64,000 nucleotides of DNA, taken from NCBI GenBank assembly GCA_965116945.1, contig OZ220734.1:158980-222979 (forward strand), in the 5' to 3' direction. The stretch is from Dehalococcoidia bacterium (GTDB lineage Bacteria > Chloroflexota > Dehalococcoidia > Plut-88900). Below the pieces are notes generated by a model, which worked only from the letters and a program-made list of their open reading frames with translations, made no database searches and was not told the DNA's origin. Position 1 is the first letter of the stretch; every line of letters begins with the position of its first letter. Positions 35,299 through 44,484 of the stretch are shown here, in pieces. The position numbers and the translations under genes were made by a program.

Positions 35299-35673
35299 TG
35301 GTCTGGAAGGCGCATGGCCCTGGTGCGTCCGACTGTGCCCTACCTGTAGCCCCGGGGGTCGTTTCGGATGCGTCCGCCCGGGTGCCAGCTGAGTGGCGGC
35401 GTTTGCGCTCTATCTAGTCTTGACCCTTACGTTCGCTCTACTGGCAGGTTACTCGCTAACTAGCGGCCTTCAGACTCTTCGGGAACTGGACCGCCCGAGT
35501 CCTGATCTAGAGAAGGTCGTGTGGGTCCTGGTGTGGGGAGTCTTCCCAGTAGTGTTCATATTTTTAATTCTTGAAACACTACGGCGACTATTAACATCCC
35601 CATGAAGGGCATATCAAAAGCAATACGAAAAGAGCTTCTCGCGGGATGTCCATAAGGGGATTCTATAGAGCCA

Positions 35674-36033
35674 ATGAAGCTAAAGAAAAATAGCAGACGG
35701 CTGATCCAGCAGGCCAAAGAACACCTAGCCAAAGGCGAAAGGCGACAGGCGGTTGAAACGGCATGGTGCGCAGTAGACCATTGGGTGCGGGAGATCGCAC
35801 GGAAGAACGGCTGGCAATACGAAACCTGTGTCGACTTTCACCTGCTGACACCGCTCATAGCCCAGCTGATGCCTGACCCCCGACTCACCCGCCTGCTTCT
35901 CACCCTAGCGGTCTACCTCATTACCGACTACCACCCGAAAGCGAGGACGCTAGAGGGGCTTCGGCATTCCCTTGATGATGTCAAGATACTGCTGGACATA
36001 CTGGACGGGCCTCAATTCAGGGAGTTGGCGTAA
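35674..36033 (+). CDS. Hypothetical helical protein (119 aa)
   Basis: ORF only. AKEHLAKGERRQAVETAWCAVDHWVREIARKNGW is reminiscent of PaREP1/HEPN-like helical bundles, but no catalytic motif is seen. Confidence 0.35.
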   Translation: MKLKKNSRRLIQQAKEHLAKGERRQAVETAWCAVDHWVREIARKNGWQYETCVDFHLLTPLIAQLMPDPRLTRLLLTLAVYLITDYHPKARTLEGLRHSLDDVKILLDILDGPQFRELA

Positions 36034-36070
36034 TCATTATTATGTACGCCCCTCAAGTGCTCTTCGGCAC

Positions 36071-36100
36071 TTGACAAGTGTATATACGTTCTATTAGAAT
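36071..36100 (+). promoter_or_regulatory. Sigma70-like promoter of the imuB-dnaE2 cassette with an inverted repeat over the -10
   Basis: TTGACA (36071-36076), an 18-nt spacer, then TAGAAT (36095-36100). Inverted repeat GTTCTA-t-TAGAAt at 36088-36100. Confidence 0.4.
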
Positions 36101-36123
36101 ATTTGTACTATCGCCTGCCTTCT

Positions 36124-37587
36124 ATGCACTCCACAACCCCCACGAAGATTGCCTGTCTACTCATCACCCACTTCCGGGCCAAGGTCGAGATGCGACACCA
36201 CCCCGACCTCAAAAACAACCCCGCGCTTATCATCGAGCGATCTGGCGGAAGGTCTAGGGTGGCGGACTTCACACCCTCCACCCCCGGCGTATCTCCCAAC
36301 ATGACCGTGGAGCAGGCCCTATCCATACACCCCAACGCTGATGTTCTTGAAGCCGACGAGTCCCATTACAACAAGTTGTTCTCCCAAATCCTCACTTCCC
36401 TGCAGGGGATCAGTGATAGGGCGGAAGGATCCGAACTTGGAACGATCTACGTCAGGCTGGACGGCCTCGAGCACCTCTACGGCGGCGAAGCCCGGCTGGT
36501 AAGCGCTCTCCTCAATGCCGTGCCACAGGATTTGGCCCCGAAGGTCGGTGTGGCCGAAGCCAAGTTCCCCGCCTTCGTCGCTGCCGCTGTGAGCGAGCCG
36601 TCGAGGGCCACCCGCGTTCCTACCGATGTAGCCTCGTTCCTGGCCCCCCATTCCAACAACCTGCTTCCCGTATCCGCCGACCTGAAAGTCGCCCTCCGAA
36701 GGTTCGGCCTGCACACCCTTGGAGACGTCGCCTCCATGACCGAGGCGAATCTCACGGACCGCTTCGGACACGAGGGCCGAAGAGTGTGGCATCTTTCCCA
36801 GGGGATCGACGATAGCCCCCTCGTGCCTATTTCCCAAGCCGAGGCTGTAGTTGAGCACACCTCTTTGCCCTACTCGTCTGCGTCCCTAGACCTGCTGCTC
36901 ACCATCGTGGACACCCTTCTCGCAAGAGCCTTTAACCAACCCACAATACAGGGTCGATACGCCAGCAAAGCAGTCCTTGAGTGTACCTTGGAGGGCGGCC
37001 CTACCTGGTCCCGGGAGTTCTCTTTCAAAGGAGGGGTAGGGAATAGGGAGCGCGCCTTTTCGGTTATTAGGGCCAGGATGGAAGACGACCACCCCCAGGG
37101 TGTGGTTGAGGACGTAACCCTGATCCTGGACAACCTTACCGGTGAGTCCGGCGTGCAGATGGGCCTGCTCCCCGATGTCAGGGAGTCGGGCAGGCTGCAA
37201 CTGGTTGAGGTGGAGAGAGACCTGCGGGCACGCAACGGGGGGAGGCCCGCCCTATACCGTGTTATCGAGGCGGCACCCCGGCACCCTGCTCCCGAAATGC
37301 GGACTCTACTCGCCCCCATCGGCTCTTCGGAATCAGGTGAATTAAAGCCGGTGTCGGGGCCGGTGGCTGTTGTCGTGGAGGAGGGCCAAGGGCGAAAGCC
37401 CGTGTCGGTGCAGATCGGAAACAGATGGCGACGGGTGGGATGCATAGACGATGAGTGGGGCTTCGACCTGTGGTGGATGTCCCGACCCATGACCCGCTCC
37501 TACTACCGGGTCAGGTGTAAGGATGGCGTGGAACACACCCTCTTCCGGGACGAGCGGGCTGACTGCTGGTATAAGCAGGGTTCCTAG
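36124..37587 (+). CDS. imuB: ImuB-like Y-family polymerase homologue (probably catalytically inactive)
   Basis: IACLLITHFRAKVE ... GVSPNMTVEQALSIHP ... IYVRLDGLEHLYGGE pattern. The N-terminal motif lacks the catalytic Asp pair of active Y-family polymerases. It lies immediately upstream of dnaE2. Confidence 0.8.
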   Translation: MHSTTPTKIACLLITHFRAKVEMRHHPDLKNNPALIIERSGGRSRVADFTPSTPGVSPNMTVEQALSIHPNADVLEADESHYNKLFSQILTSLQGISDRAEGSELGTIYVRLDGLEHLYGGEARLVSALLNAVPQDLAPKVGVAEAKFPAFVAAAVSEPSRATRVPTDVASFLAPHSNNLLPVSADLKVALRRFGLHTLGDVASMTEANLTDRFGHEGRRVWHLSQGIDDSPLVPISQAEAVVEHTSLPYSSASLDLLLTIVDTLLARAFNQPTIQGRYASKAVLECTLEGGPTWSREFSFKGGVGNRERAFSVIRARMEDDHPQGVVEDVTLILDNLTGESGVQMGLLPDVRESGRLQLVEVERDLRARNGGRPALYRVIEAAPRHPAPEMRTLLAPIGSSESGELKPVSGPVAVVVEEGQGRKPVSVQIGNRWRRVGCIDDEWGFDLWWMSRPMTRSYYRVRCKDGVEHTLFRDERADCWYKQGS

Positions 37588-37603
37588 CTTCCAACGTGTC
37601 GCC

Positions 37604-40600
37604 ATGACCGCTTCCTACACTGAGCTTCACCTGAAGAGTTTCTATTCCTTCGGGATGGGGGCCTCTCATACCCACGAGATGCTGGCCCAGGCCAGGGAGC
37701 ATGGCTATGGCACGCTAGCCCTTACCGACACCAACCTCTGCGGCGCATTGGAATTCGCCCGGCTGGCGGGCAGCTTGGATATCCGGCCCATAACCGGTGG
37801 AGAGCTGACGCTCACCGACGGTACACGGCTTGTGCTCCTGGCCAGGACCCGTCGGGGCTACGCCAACCTGTCCCGGCTGTTCACCCTGGCCAACGCCGTG
37901 GACAGAAGGGAGCCGCGACTTGACCCCGTGCATCTGGCCCATCATTCAGAGGGGCTGGTGCTGCTCACGGGAGGTCGAGAGGGGCCTGTATCCAGGCTTC
38001 TACTGGACGGTCGCCGGGGAGAGGCGGGGGCATTGCTGAAAGAGTACATGGAGTGGCATGGCCCCGACTCGGTATACGTTGAGCTCCAGCGCAACTTCCT
38101 GGAAGGAGACAACGACCTTGTCCGTGACTCGGTCTCACTGGCACGGGAAATGGGAGTTCCGCTGGTCGCATCCAACGACGTTCACTACCACGACCCCAAG
38201 CGCTATCGCCTTCAGCACTCCCTGGTAGCCGCCCGGCTCAATACCACCATGGAACAGGCCCTCTCCCACATCAGACCCAACCATCACCTACACCTTAAGT
38301 CGCCATCCCAAATGACCGAGCTGTTCAGTGATTTTCCGGAGGGTCTATCCAACAGCCTGAGGATCGCCGAGAAGTGCGAGTTCAACCTGGCCTCGGACCT
38401 GGGCTACACACTCCCGGAGCCTGCGGTGCCCTCGGGGTACACCGCCGACAGCTACCTCAAGCGCCTCTGTTCAGAGGCCGCGCAGCGTCGGTATGGGGCC
38501 GTGACCCCAGAGGTCGAGGCCCGGTTGGAGGAGGAGTTCCTTCTTATAGGCAGGCATAAACTGGCTGGGTTCCTGCTCCTCTACAGGGAGATCGTGCTCC
38601 TGGCCCAGAAGATCATGGAAGAGAAGGGCCTCGCCCACCCCGAGATGCCACTGGAGGAGAGGCCGCCGGGTCGGGGGCGGGGATCTTCCGTGGCGTTGCT
38701 GGTGGGATACCTCATCGGCATCAGCCACGTCGACCCCCTCCGCTGGGGCCTCACCCTTGAGCGCTTCATACCCGAAGATATGACCACCCTCCCCGATATA
38801 GACCTGGACTTCCCCCGAGCCTTAAGAGACGAGTTGATCGAATGCGTGCACCGGCACTTCGGCCCCGAGTTCGCCGTCCTGGCCGGTGCAGTGTCCACCT
38901 ACTCGGTCAAGGGCATCATCCAGGACCTGGGAAAGGCTCTGGGCCTCCCTAAAGAAGATTTGAGGATGCTCTCAAAGCAGCTCCATTCCCACGACGCCCG
39001 CGACCTCAAAGGTGAAATGCTGGAACTTCCCGCCTTCCGTGAAAAGGTCGATGCTCCCGGCTGGCGAGACCTTCTACAGCTTGCACCCCAGCTGATGAAC
39101 GCCCCTCGCAGCCTGGGTCAGCACGTGGGCGGCATGATCCTCAGCGACTCCCCCCTGCCAGAGATGGTGCCCATACGGGAGAGCGCCATCCAGGGCCGCT
39201 ACATCATGGACTGGAACAAGGACAGCACCGCCGATGCCGGGTTCGCCAAGATCGATCTCCTCTCCCTGCCTGTTCTGGACCAGATCGAAGAGGCTCTGGA
39301 CCTGGTGGAACAGAGGGAGGGGAGTCGACCCGACATCTCAGCCATAGACCCGGAAGACAACGGTGTCTATGAGATGCTAAGCGAGGGAAGGTCCAAGGGT
39401 GTCTTCCTGCTCCAGTCTCCGGCACAGTTGAAGATGGGGCAGAGACTTAGGCCCCGCAACCTTCTGGACCTGGCTTACCAAGTGGCCCTCATCAGGCCCG
39501 GCGTCGGGGTGCAGGGGAGCGCCGTGTCTAAGTTCGTGGACAGGTACCGGCACGGTGTGGAGTGGGACTACGACCACCCGCTGGAGCGTCGGGCCCTGGA
39601 GCGGGGCTACGGCATCATCGTATGGCAGGAGCAGGTGGTGCAGCTGATATCCGACGTGGCGGGCATGAAAACCTCGGAGGCCGACGAGATACGCCGCGCC
39701 TTCGCCCGACCCAACAGTGCCCACTTGATAGCCATGCACCGGCGTAGGTTCCTGGAGGGAGCCCTCGCCAACGGCGTGCCCCGGGACATCGCCGAGAGGA
39801 TATTCGAAAAGATCAACGGCCATTACATGTTCCCCGAGTCCCATTCCCACGCCTTCGCCGTCACCGCCTACCAGGCGGCCTGGCTCAAGAGCCATCATCC
39901 GTTGGAGTTCTTCGTTGCCCTGATGAACAGCCAGCCCATGGGGTTCTACCCGATGGAGACCGTCAAGGAGGACGCCCGACGCTTCGGGGTGCCATTCCTC
40001 AATCCTTGCATGAACCGTAGTGGAGTCAATTGCATCCCCGAAAAAGACTCGGTGCTTCTGGGGTTAGGTAAAGTGAGAGACGTGGGCGAGGAGTCGGCCA
40101 AGCTGATTGTGCAGGAAAGGGAGCGGCATGGCCCTTACTCGGGGGCTGGGGACCTGGTGAGGAGGACGGGACTAAAAACCCAGACTGTCCACTCCCTCGT
40201 AATGGCCGGGGCCTTCGATGGGGTGACACCCAACCGCAGAGAGGCTCTATGGGATGCGGGCCTGCCCGTCCGCCCGCCGAGAAACGGCCAGAGAGCAATG
40301 CCAGTATCAGCGGCGGCCAGCATTCCCGAGCTTCCCGACTTCACCGACAAAGAAAAGATGGCGGGCGAGTACACCGTCATGGGCATCTACCCAAGGGGCC
40401 ACGTCATGGAGTTCGTAAGGCCCACCCTCCCTTCCAATGTCTTCTGTGCCGCCGACATCGACAGCCTCCCCGAGGGCGAAAGGGTGCTCGTAGCCGGCTG
40501 GCCCGTGGCCCGGCAGCACCCCAGGGGAATGGAAGGAACGGTATTCGTCACCATCGAGGACGAGACCGGGGACGTGCAGCTCATCGTCTGGCCCCGGGTA

Positions 40601-40750
40601 TTCGCCCGGTACAAGAGGGAGCTTGGTAACCACGTACTCTTGGCTAGGGGAGTCGTCTCCCGACATGACGGCACCACCAATGTTACCCTGTCCAGCGTGA
40701 AGACGTTGGACGTCGGGACCCGAATGCCTGCCGCCCACGACTGGCATTGA
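37604..40750 (+). CDS. dnaE2: Error-prone DNA polymerase III alpha-type subunit DnaE2
   Basis: N-terminal PHP YTELHLKSFYSFGMGASH. Pol III alpha core motifs (DIDLDF, IRPGV, HAFAVTAY). C-terminal OB fold. About 1050 aa, without the beta/tau-binding tail length of DnaE1. ATG 37604 follows the imuB stop (37585-37587). Confidence 0.9.
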   Translation: MTASYTELHLKSFYSFGMGASHTHEMLAQAREHGYGTLALTDTNLCGALEFARLAGSLDIRPITGGELTLTDGTRLVLLARTRRGYANLSRLFTLANAVDRREPRLDPVHLAHHSEGLVLLTGGREGPVSRLLLDGRRGEAGALLKEYMEWHGPDSVYVELQRNFLEGDNDLVRDSVSLAREMGVPLVASNDVHYHDPKRYRLQHSLVAARLNTTMEQALSHIRPNHHLHLKSPSQMTELFSDFPEGLSNSLRIAEKCEFNLASDLGYTLPEPAVPSGYTADSYLKRLCSEAAQRRYGAVTPEVEARLEEEFLLIGRHKLAGFLLLYREIVLLAQKIMEEKGLAHPEMPLEERPPGRGRGSSVALLVGYLIGISHVDPLRWGLTLERFIPEDMTTLPDIDLDFPRALRDELIECVHRHFGPEFAVLAGAVSTYSVKGIIQDLGKALGLPKEDLRMLSKQLHSHDARDLKGEMLELPAFREKVDAPGWRDLLQLAPQLMNAPRSLGQHVGGMILSDSPLPEMVPIRESAIQGRYIMDWNKDSTADAGFAKIDLLSLPVLDQIEEALDLVEQREGSRPDISAIDPEDNGVYEMLSEGRSKGVFLLQSPAQLKMGQRLRPRNLLDLAYQVALIRPGVGVQGSAVSKFVDRYRHGVEWDYDHPLERRALERGYGIIVWQEQVVQLISDVAGMKTSEADEIRRAFARPNSAHLIAMHRRRFLEGALANGVPRDIAERIFEKINGHYMFPESHSHAFAVTAYQAAWLKSHHPLEFFVALMNSQPMGFYPMETVKEDARRFGVPFLNPCMNRSGVNCIPEKDSVLLGLGKVRDVGEESAKLIVQERERHGPYSGAGDLVRRTGLKTQTVHSLVMAGAFDGVTPNRREALWDAGLPVRPPRNGQRAMPVSAAASIPELPDFTDKEKMAGEYTVMGIYPRGHVMEFVRPTLPSNVFCAADIDSLPEGERVLVAGWPVARQHPRGMEGTVFVTIEDETGDVQLIVWPRVFARYKRELGNHVLLARGVVSRHDGTTNVTLSSVKTLDVGTRMPAAHDWH

Positions 40751-40796
40751 GGGGACTGCCCCACTGGTGGGATAATCGTGTGGGAGGGCAAAAGAC

Positions 40797-41462
40797 GTGT
40801 GCGGAAGATACACCCTGATAGCCGACATCGGAGACCTGGCCCAGCGCTTCGAGTTCGACGGCTCAGACTTCAGCTATGATTCTGGCTACAACATTGCACC
40901 CACCGACAGCGTGCTCACGGTGAGAAATGTCGAGGGCCGGGAGGCGGCTTTCATGCGCTGGGGCCTGATACCCTTCTGGGCCAAGGACCCGAAGATCGGC
41001 GCCCGGATGATCAACGCTCGTGCCGAGACCGTCGCCGAGAAACCCGCCTTCCGAAACGCACTAAAGAAACGCCGCTGCCTGGTCCTCGCTAACGGCTACT
41101 ACGAGTGGCAGAGGACGCCGACCGGCAAGAGACCCTTCCGCATAATCCTGAAGTCCGGGGAGCCGTTTGCCATGGCTGGGCTATGGGAGACCTGGAAAGA
41201 CCCCCAGGGCAACGTCGTCCCTTCCTGCACCATCATCACCACCTCCGCCAACGACTATCTTGCCCCCATCCACAACCGGATGCCCGTTATTTTGCCCAGG
41301 GACTCGGAGGAGTTGTGGCTCGATTCGAGAATCGACAATCCGGCTTCGCTAACCTACATGTTCGCCCCAAGTCCCGACGATGCGCTGGACGCCTACCAGG
41401 TCTCCACGATGGTGAACTATGCGCGCAACAACGGACATGAACTCCTAGCTCGATTAAGATAA
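40797..41462 (+). CDS. yedK: SOS response-associated peptidase (SRAP/YedK family) abasic-site processing protein
   Basis: Begins MCGRY (catalytic Cys2), then WGLIPFWAKD ... NARAETV ... RRCLV ... GYYEW ... HNRMPVIL, which are SRAP signatures. Confidence 0.85.
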   Translation: MCGRYTLIADIGDLAQRFEFDGSDFSYDSGYNIAPTDSVLTVRNVEGREAAFMRWGLIPFWAKDPKIGARMINARAETVAEKPAFRNALKKRRCLVLANGYYEWQRTPTGKRPFRIILKSGEPFAMAGLWETWKDPQGNVVPSCTIITTSANDYLAPIHNRMPVILPRDSEELWLDSRIDNPASLTYMFAPSPDDALDAYQVSTMVNYARNNGHELLARLR

Positions 41463-41681
41463 GATTCAGTGGTGATGCAAGTGCCATAGCAGGAATTACT
41501 AATACGGCATTTTCGATGCACCAGCAGCAGTTGCTCTTTCCCTGGAGGACGGTCATGCCCGCAGAGCTGATGAAGCCAAGAGTTCACACGCGCCAGCATC
41601 AGTCGGCAACCAGATCTCAATACAGCTGGGTAATAACCCTTGAGAAAGAATGAGTCCAAAACATACAATTGCAGAAGAGAG

Positions 41682-43625
41682 ATGAATGAGAATGGTCAAA
41701 CAGAGAACGCAATGACCAGCAGTAACCATAGTAATCCTATGTGGAGATTTCCTGCGCGAAACGGTGGTATTGACTTCGTTGCGGATCCTTCCAGCGCCCA
41801 TTTCAGTGATGCACCGATTACCAAGCTAGTACGTGAGCTCATTCAGAATTCCCTGGATGCCAAGGACCCTGGATTTAGGACACCCGTAACGGTTGAATTC
41901 ACTGAAACGAACATTGACCGAGACGAAATCGGCGGCGAAGAGCTCCAGCAGCATCTGGCAGCTTGCTTCGACCGCTCCGCCAGAGAAGGCAGAGCGAGAG
42001 CCATGGCTACTTACAAGGGGGCCTTGGACATTTGTCGCCAGAAATCAATTCGTTGCCTGAAAGCCCAGGATTTCGGCACTGTGGGACTGGATGACACCCG
42101 TTGGCATGCGCTGGTGGTCCAGGAGGGTGCAGTCAGCAAAACGGGTCCTGCCCCGAGCGGGTCCTTTGGAATCGGCAAGAACGCGGCCCTTAACGTCTCA
42201 GATTTGCAAACCGTGTTTTATTCGACAAGGTACGTATCGGGGCGTTGGGGAAGAGTGGAGAAGATGCAGGGGAAGGCTACCCTCATGGGGCACGACGCCC
42301 CCGGCGACGGGGAGGAGCAGCTTCAACATATCGGGTTCTATTCTGAATCAAACGGCTACCCGATCATGGGCAGGGCCATCGCACCGTCATTCAGGCTTGG
42401 GGAAACAGGGACTGGCGTCTTTATCCTGGGCTTCAACCCCCGCTCCTCCAATTGGGTTGAGGAAATGACCAAGGCGGTAATAGATAATTTCTTTCATGCA
42501 GTGTCTGGTGGAAAGTTGGTAGTTAAGGTCAAGGCTTACAAGGGGAAGAGCCCCGTACTCATCGACCATGAGACCATCGACTCCTTGTTTCAGGCAGAGT
42601 CTGTGGAGGGAAGCAACACCGCGCACTATTACAGGGCGATCAGGGACGTAGAATTCCAATCGACGCCGCGCTTGGCTCCTTTAGGTTCGCTCATGGTTCA
42701 TGTCGTATTTGGGGAAGGCGCACCCCGGCGTACCGCCCTGGTCAACCGCAATGGCATGATGATTTCCGACAGCAAGGACCTTCGCATAAATCCCCTGTCC
42801 CCAAGGGGCAGGGGAGTATGGCCGGATTTTGCCGCCGTAGTAATGCCAGGAAGTGATCGAGGAGATCTATGGCTTAGGTCCCTAGAGAATCCCAGCCATG
42901 ATTCACTGTCCACCGAGCAGCTGCCCACGGAGGCGGAACGCGGGGATGCCAACAAGCTGTTCAAGAGGATCCGGTCTGAAATTGCGGATATCATCGAGGG
43001 CCTGGCTGGTATTGGGGAATACGTCAATGAGTCAAACATTGACGAGCTCAACGGCGTCCTGCCTGATTTGGGTCAGGGAGCTGACCGCGCGCTTCTGTCG
43101 ACGGAATTGGCGCCTCCGGCAGCCGGGGGGTCCGGAGAGTGGTTCGAAGTCGACGTGACTGGAGAAGGAATCCAAGAGGACATTAGGGGTTGGGACTCGG
43201 AGGAGTTGGAAGACCAGGGCAATGAGTCGCAGTCTGAAGAAAATGACGGCGCCGAGGAAGCAAGCACTACCAACGTTGGACCATACAAGAGCGGTGGCGG
43301 CGAAGGCCAACATTCGGCCAAACGCCGGAGGCTGATGAACATGCGCGTTATCCCAATTTCCACTACCGAGGCCGTATTGGCGTTCGACTCCCCGGAGGAA
43401 GCGAGTGATGAGTTAAGCATCTCCCTTGTTCCCGTGGGAGTAGACAGGGACGCGCGTCTCAGCGACAGGCTAACGGTTCTTGAAGCACGAGCTCTACAGG
43501 GCATAGAAGCTCCAATAGGCATCGAAGATGGACAGATTACCTTCACTCCCGCCCTCAATGGCCGCGTGAGCATAAGGGTCGTAGTGGATGGAAACATCCA
43601 GCAAACGGCCCTTAGGGTGAGCTAA
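41682..43625 (+). CDS. GHKL (Bergerat-fold) ATPase-like protein, module A
   Basis: N-box ELIQNSLDA, G1-like QDFGTVGL, G2 GSFGIGKN. Acidic low-complexity region, then a C-terminal beta-rich domain. The ORF is open from 41640 (TTG), and ATG 41682 is the preferred start. Confidence 0.7.
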   Translation: MNENGQTENAMTSSNHSNPMWRFPARNGGIDFVADPSSAHFSDAPITKLVRELIQNSLDAKDPGFRTPVTVEFTETNIDRDEIGGEELQQHLAACFDRSAREGRARAMATYKGALDICRQKSIRCLKAQDFGTVGLDDTRWHALVVQEGAVSKTGPAPSGSFGIGKNAALNVSDLQTVFYSTRYVSGRWGRVEKMQGKATLMGHDAPGDGEEQLQHIGFYSESNGYPIMGRAIAPSFRLGETGTGVFILGFNPRSSNWVEEMTKAVIDNFFHAVSGGKLVVKVKAYKGKSPVLIDHETIDSLFQAESVEGSNTAHYYRAIRDVEFQSTPRLAPLGSLMVHVVFGEGAPRRTALVNRNGMMISDSKDLRINPLSPRGRGVWPDFAAVVMPGSDRGDLWLRSLENPSHDSLSTEQLPTEAERGDANKLFKRIRSEIADIIEGLAGIGEYVNESNIDELNGVLPDLGQGADRALLSTELAPPAAGGSGEWFEVDVTGEGIQEDIRGWDSEELEDQGNESQSEENDGAEEASTTNVGPYKSGGGEGQHSAKRRRLMNMRVIPISTTEAVLAFDSPEEASDELSISLVPVGVDRDARLSDRLTVLEARALQGIEAPIGIEDGQITFTPALNGRVSIRVVVDGNIQQTALRVS

Positions 43626-43626
43626 T

Positions 43627-44484
43627 ATGCCGACCTTATGGCATCAACGCGCGCTCCCCTACCCACTCTTGGCCGGGTGGACCGGGGATTATCGGGACTG
43701 CGCATTCGGATTCTCTGAGACCAAAGCCACCCTTCGCAACGGCTCATCTATCGAGATTAAGCTTAAACTGCAGTTGAGCTCAGCATACCTGCAAGGTCTC
43801 GTGGAAAGTGGTGATGCCCAATTTGTTGTCGATGTGTCGTGTCCAAAGACGTTTCTGAAACAAACCCAACCCGTCAGCACCCTGGACAGCGTGAATCTAA
43901 ACGCTGCCGACTGTGCCGAGGAGATCTTTCTCACGCCCCAAATTGTGGCATCGGCCCCTCTCAACGACTTCATTTCGAGTGAACACGCTCCGGAGTGGTG
44001 CGAGCACAGACCAGATGGGTTCAGCATTCCGGAAGCCAGTCTCCTAGCGGTGGGAAACGTCGTCCGGATCGCCATAGAGGAAACGGGCATCAATTCCGTC
44101 ATAGACTTAGTCGCCAATTCTCATGTGGACGACGGCATATTCCAGGTGGAACTGGAGGGGGAGCGAATTAAGATTCACGTTTCTCCGAGCGACAAGGAGC
44201 GCATCGAATCCCTCAGGCAGCGTAGAGGTAGCGACAACGCCGGGTTCGCCGGACTGTATCCGTCCTTGTACTTGTCGGCAGTTTCGGAGGCATTGAGGCA
44301 ACTGCAGCACCATGAGAATTCCAGGTGGGCGTTCGCCATAAGACTAGCGCTTGAGAAATGCGGATTCGGAAATGTACCTGCGGACTCAATCGCCGAAAAT
44401 TCCTTGTTTTATGCACAGCACATCCTGGAGCAACCAATTAGTGGATTCCTGGACGCTGCAACGACCCGTGAAGAAGCGGAATGA
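43627..44484 (+). CDS. Module A partner 1 (285 aa), paralogue of 51022..51831
   Basis: Starts 1 nt after the upstream stop. Shares LQGLVESGDAQFVVDVSCPKTFL with LQSLVDQDKARWALELRCPTTLL of the module B protein. Confidence 0.6.
   Translation: MPTLWHQRALPYPLLAGWTGDYRDCAFGFSETKATLRNGSSIEIKLKLQLSSAYLQGLVESGDAQFVVDVSCPKTFLKQTQPVSTLDSVNLNAADCAEEIFLTPQIVASAPLNDFISSEHAPEWCEHRPDGFSIPEASLLAVGNVVRIAIEETGINSVIDLVANSHVDDGIFQVELEGERIKIHVSPSDKERIESLRQRRGSDNAGFAGLYPSLYLSAVSEALRQLQHHENSRWAFAIRLALEKCGFGNVPADSIAENSLFYAQHILEQPISGFLDAATTREEAE

Noticed and set aside
36088-36100. LexA (SOS) box upstream of imuB
   Set aside because: The inverted repeat is GTTCTA-t-TAGAAt, not the GAAC-N4-GTTC Cheo box or another LexA consensus I know. 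It is kept only as a possible operator, not called as a LexA site.
37523-37603. Upstream ATG giving a 1075-aa DnaE2 that overlaps imuB by 65 nt
   Set aside because: The extra 27 residues have no homology-like character. ATG 37604 (MTASYTELH...) begins the conserved PHP domain and follows the imuB stop.
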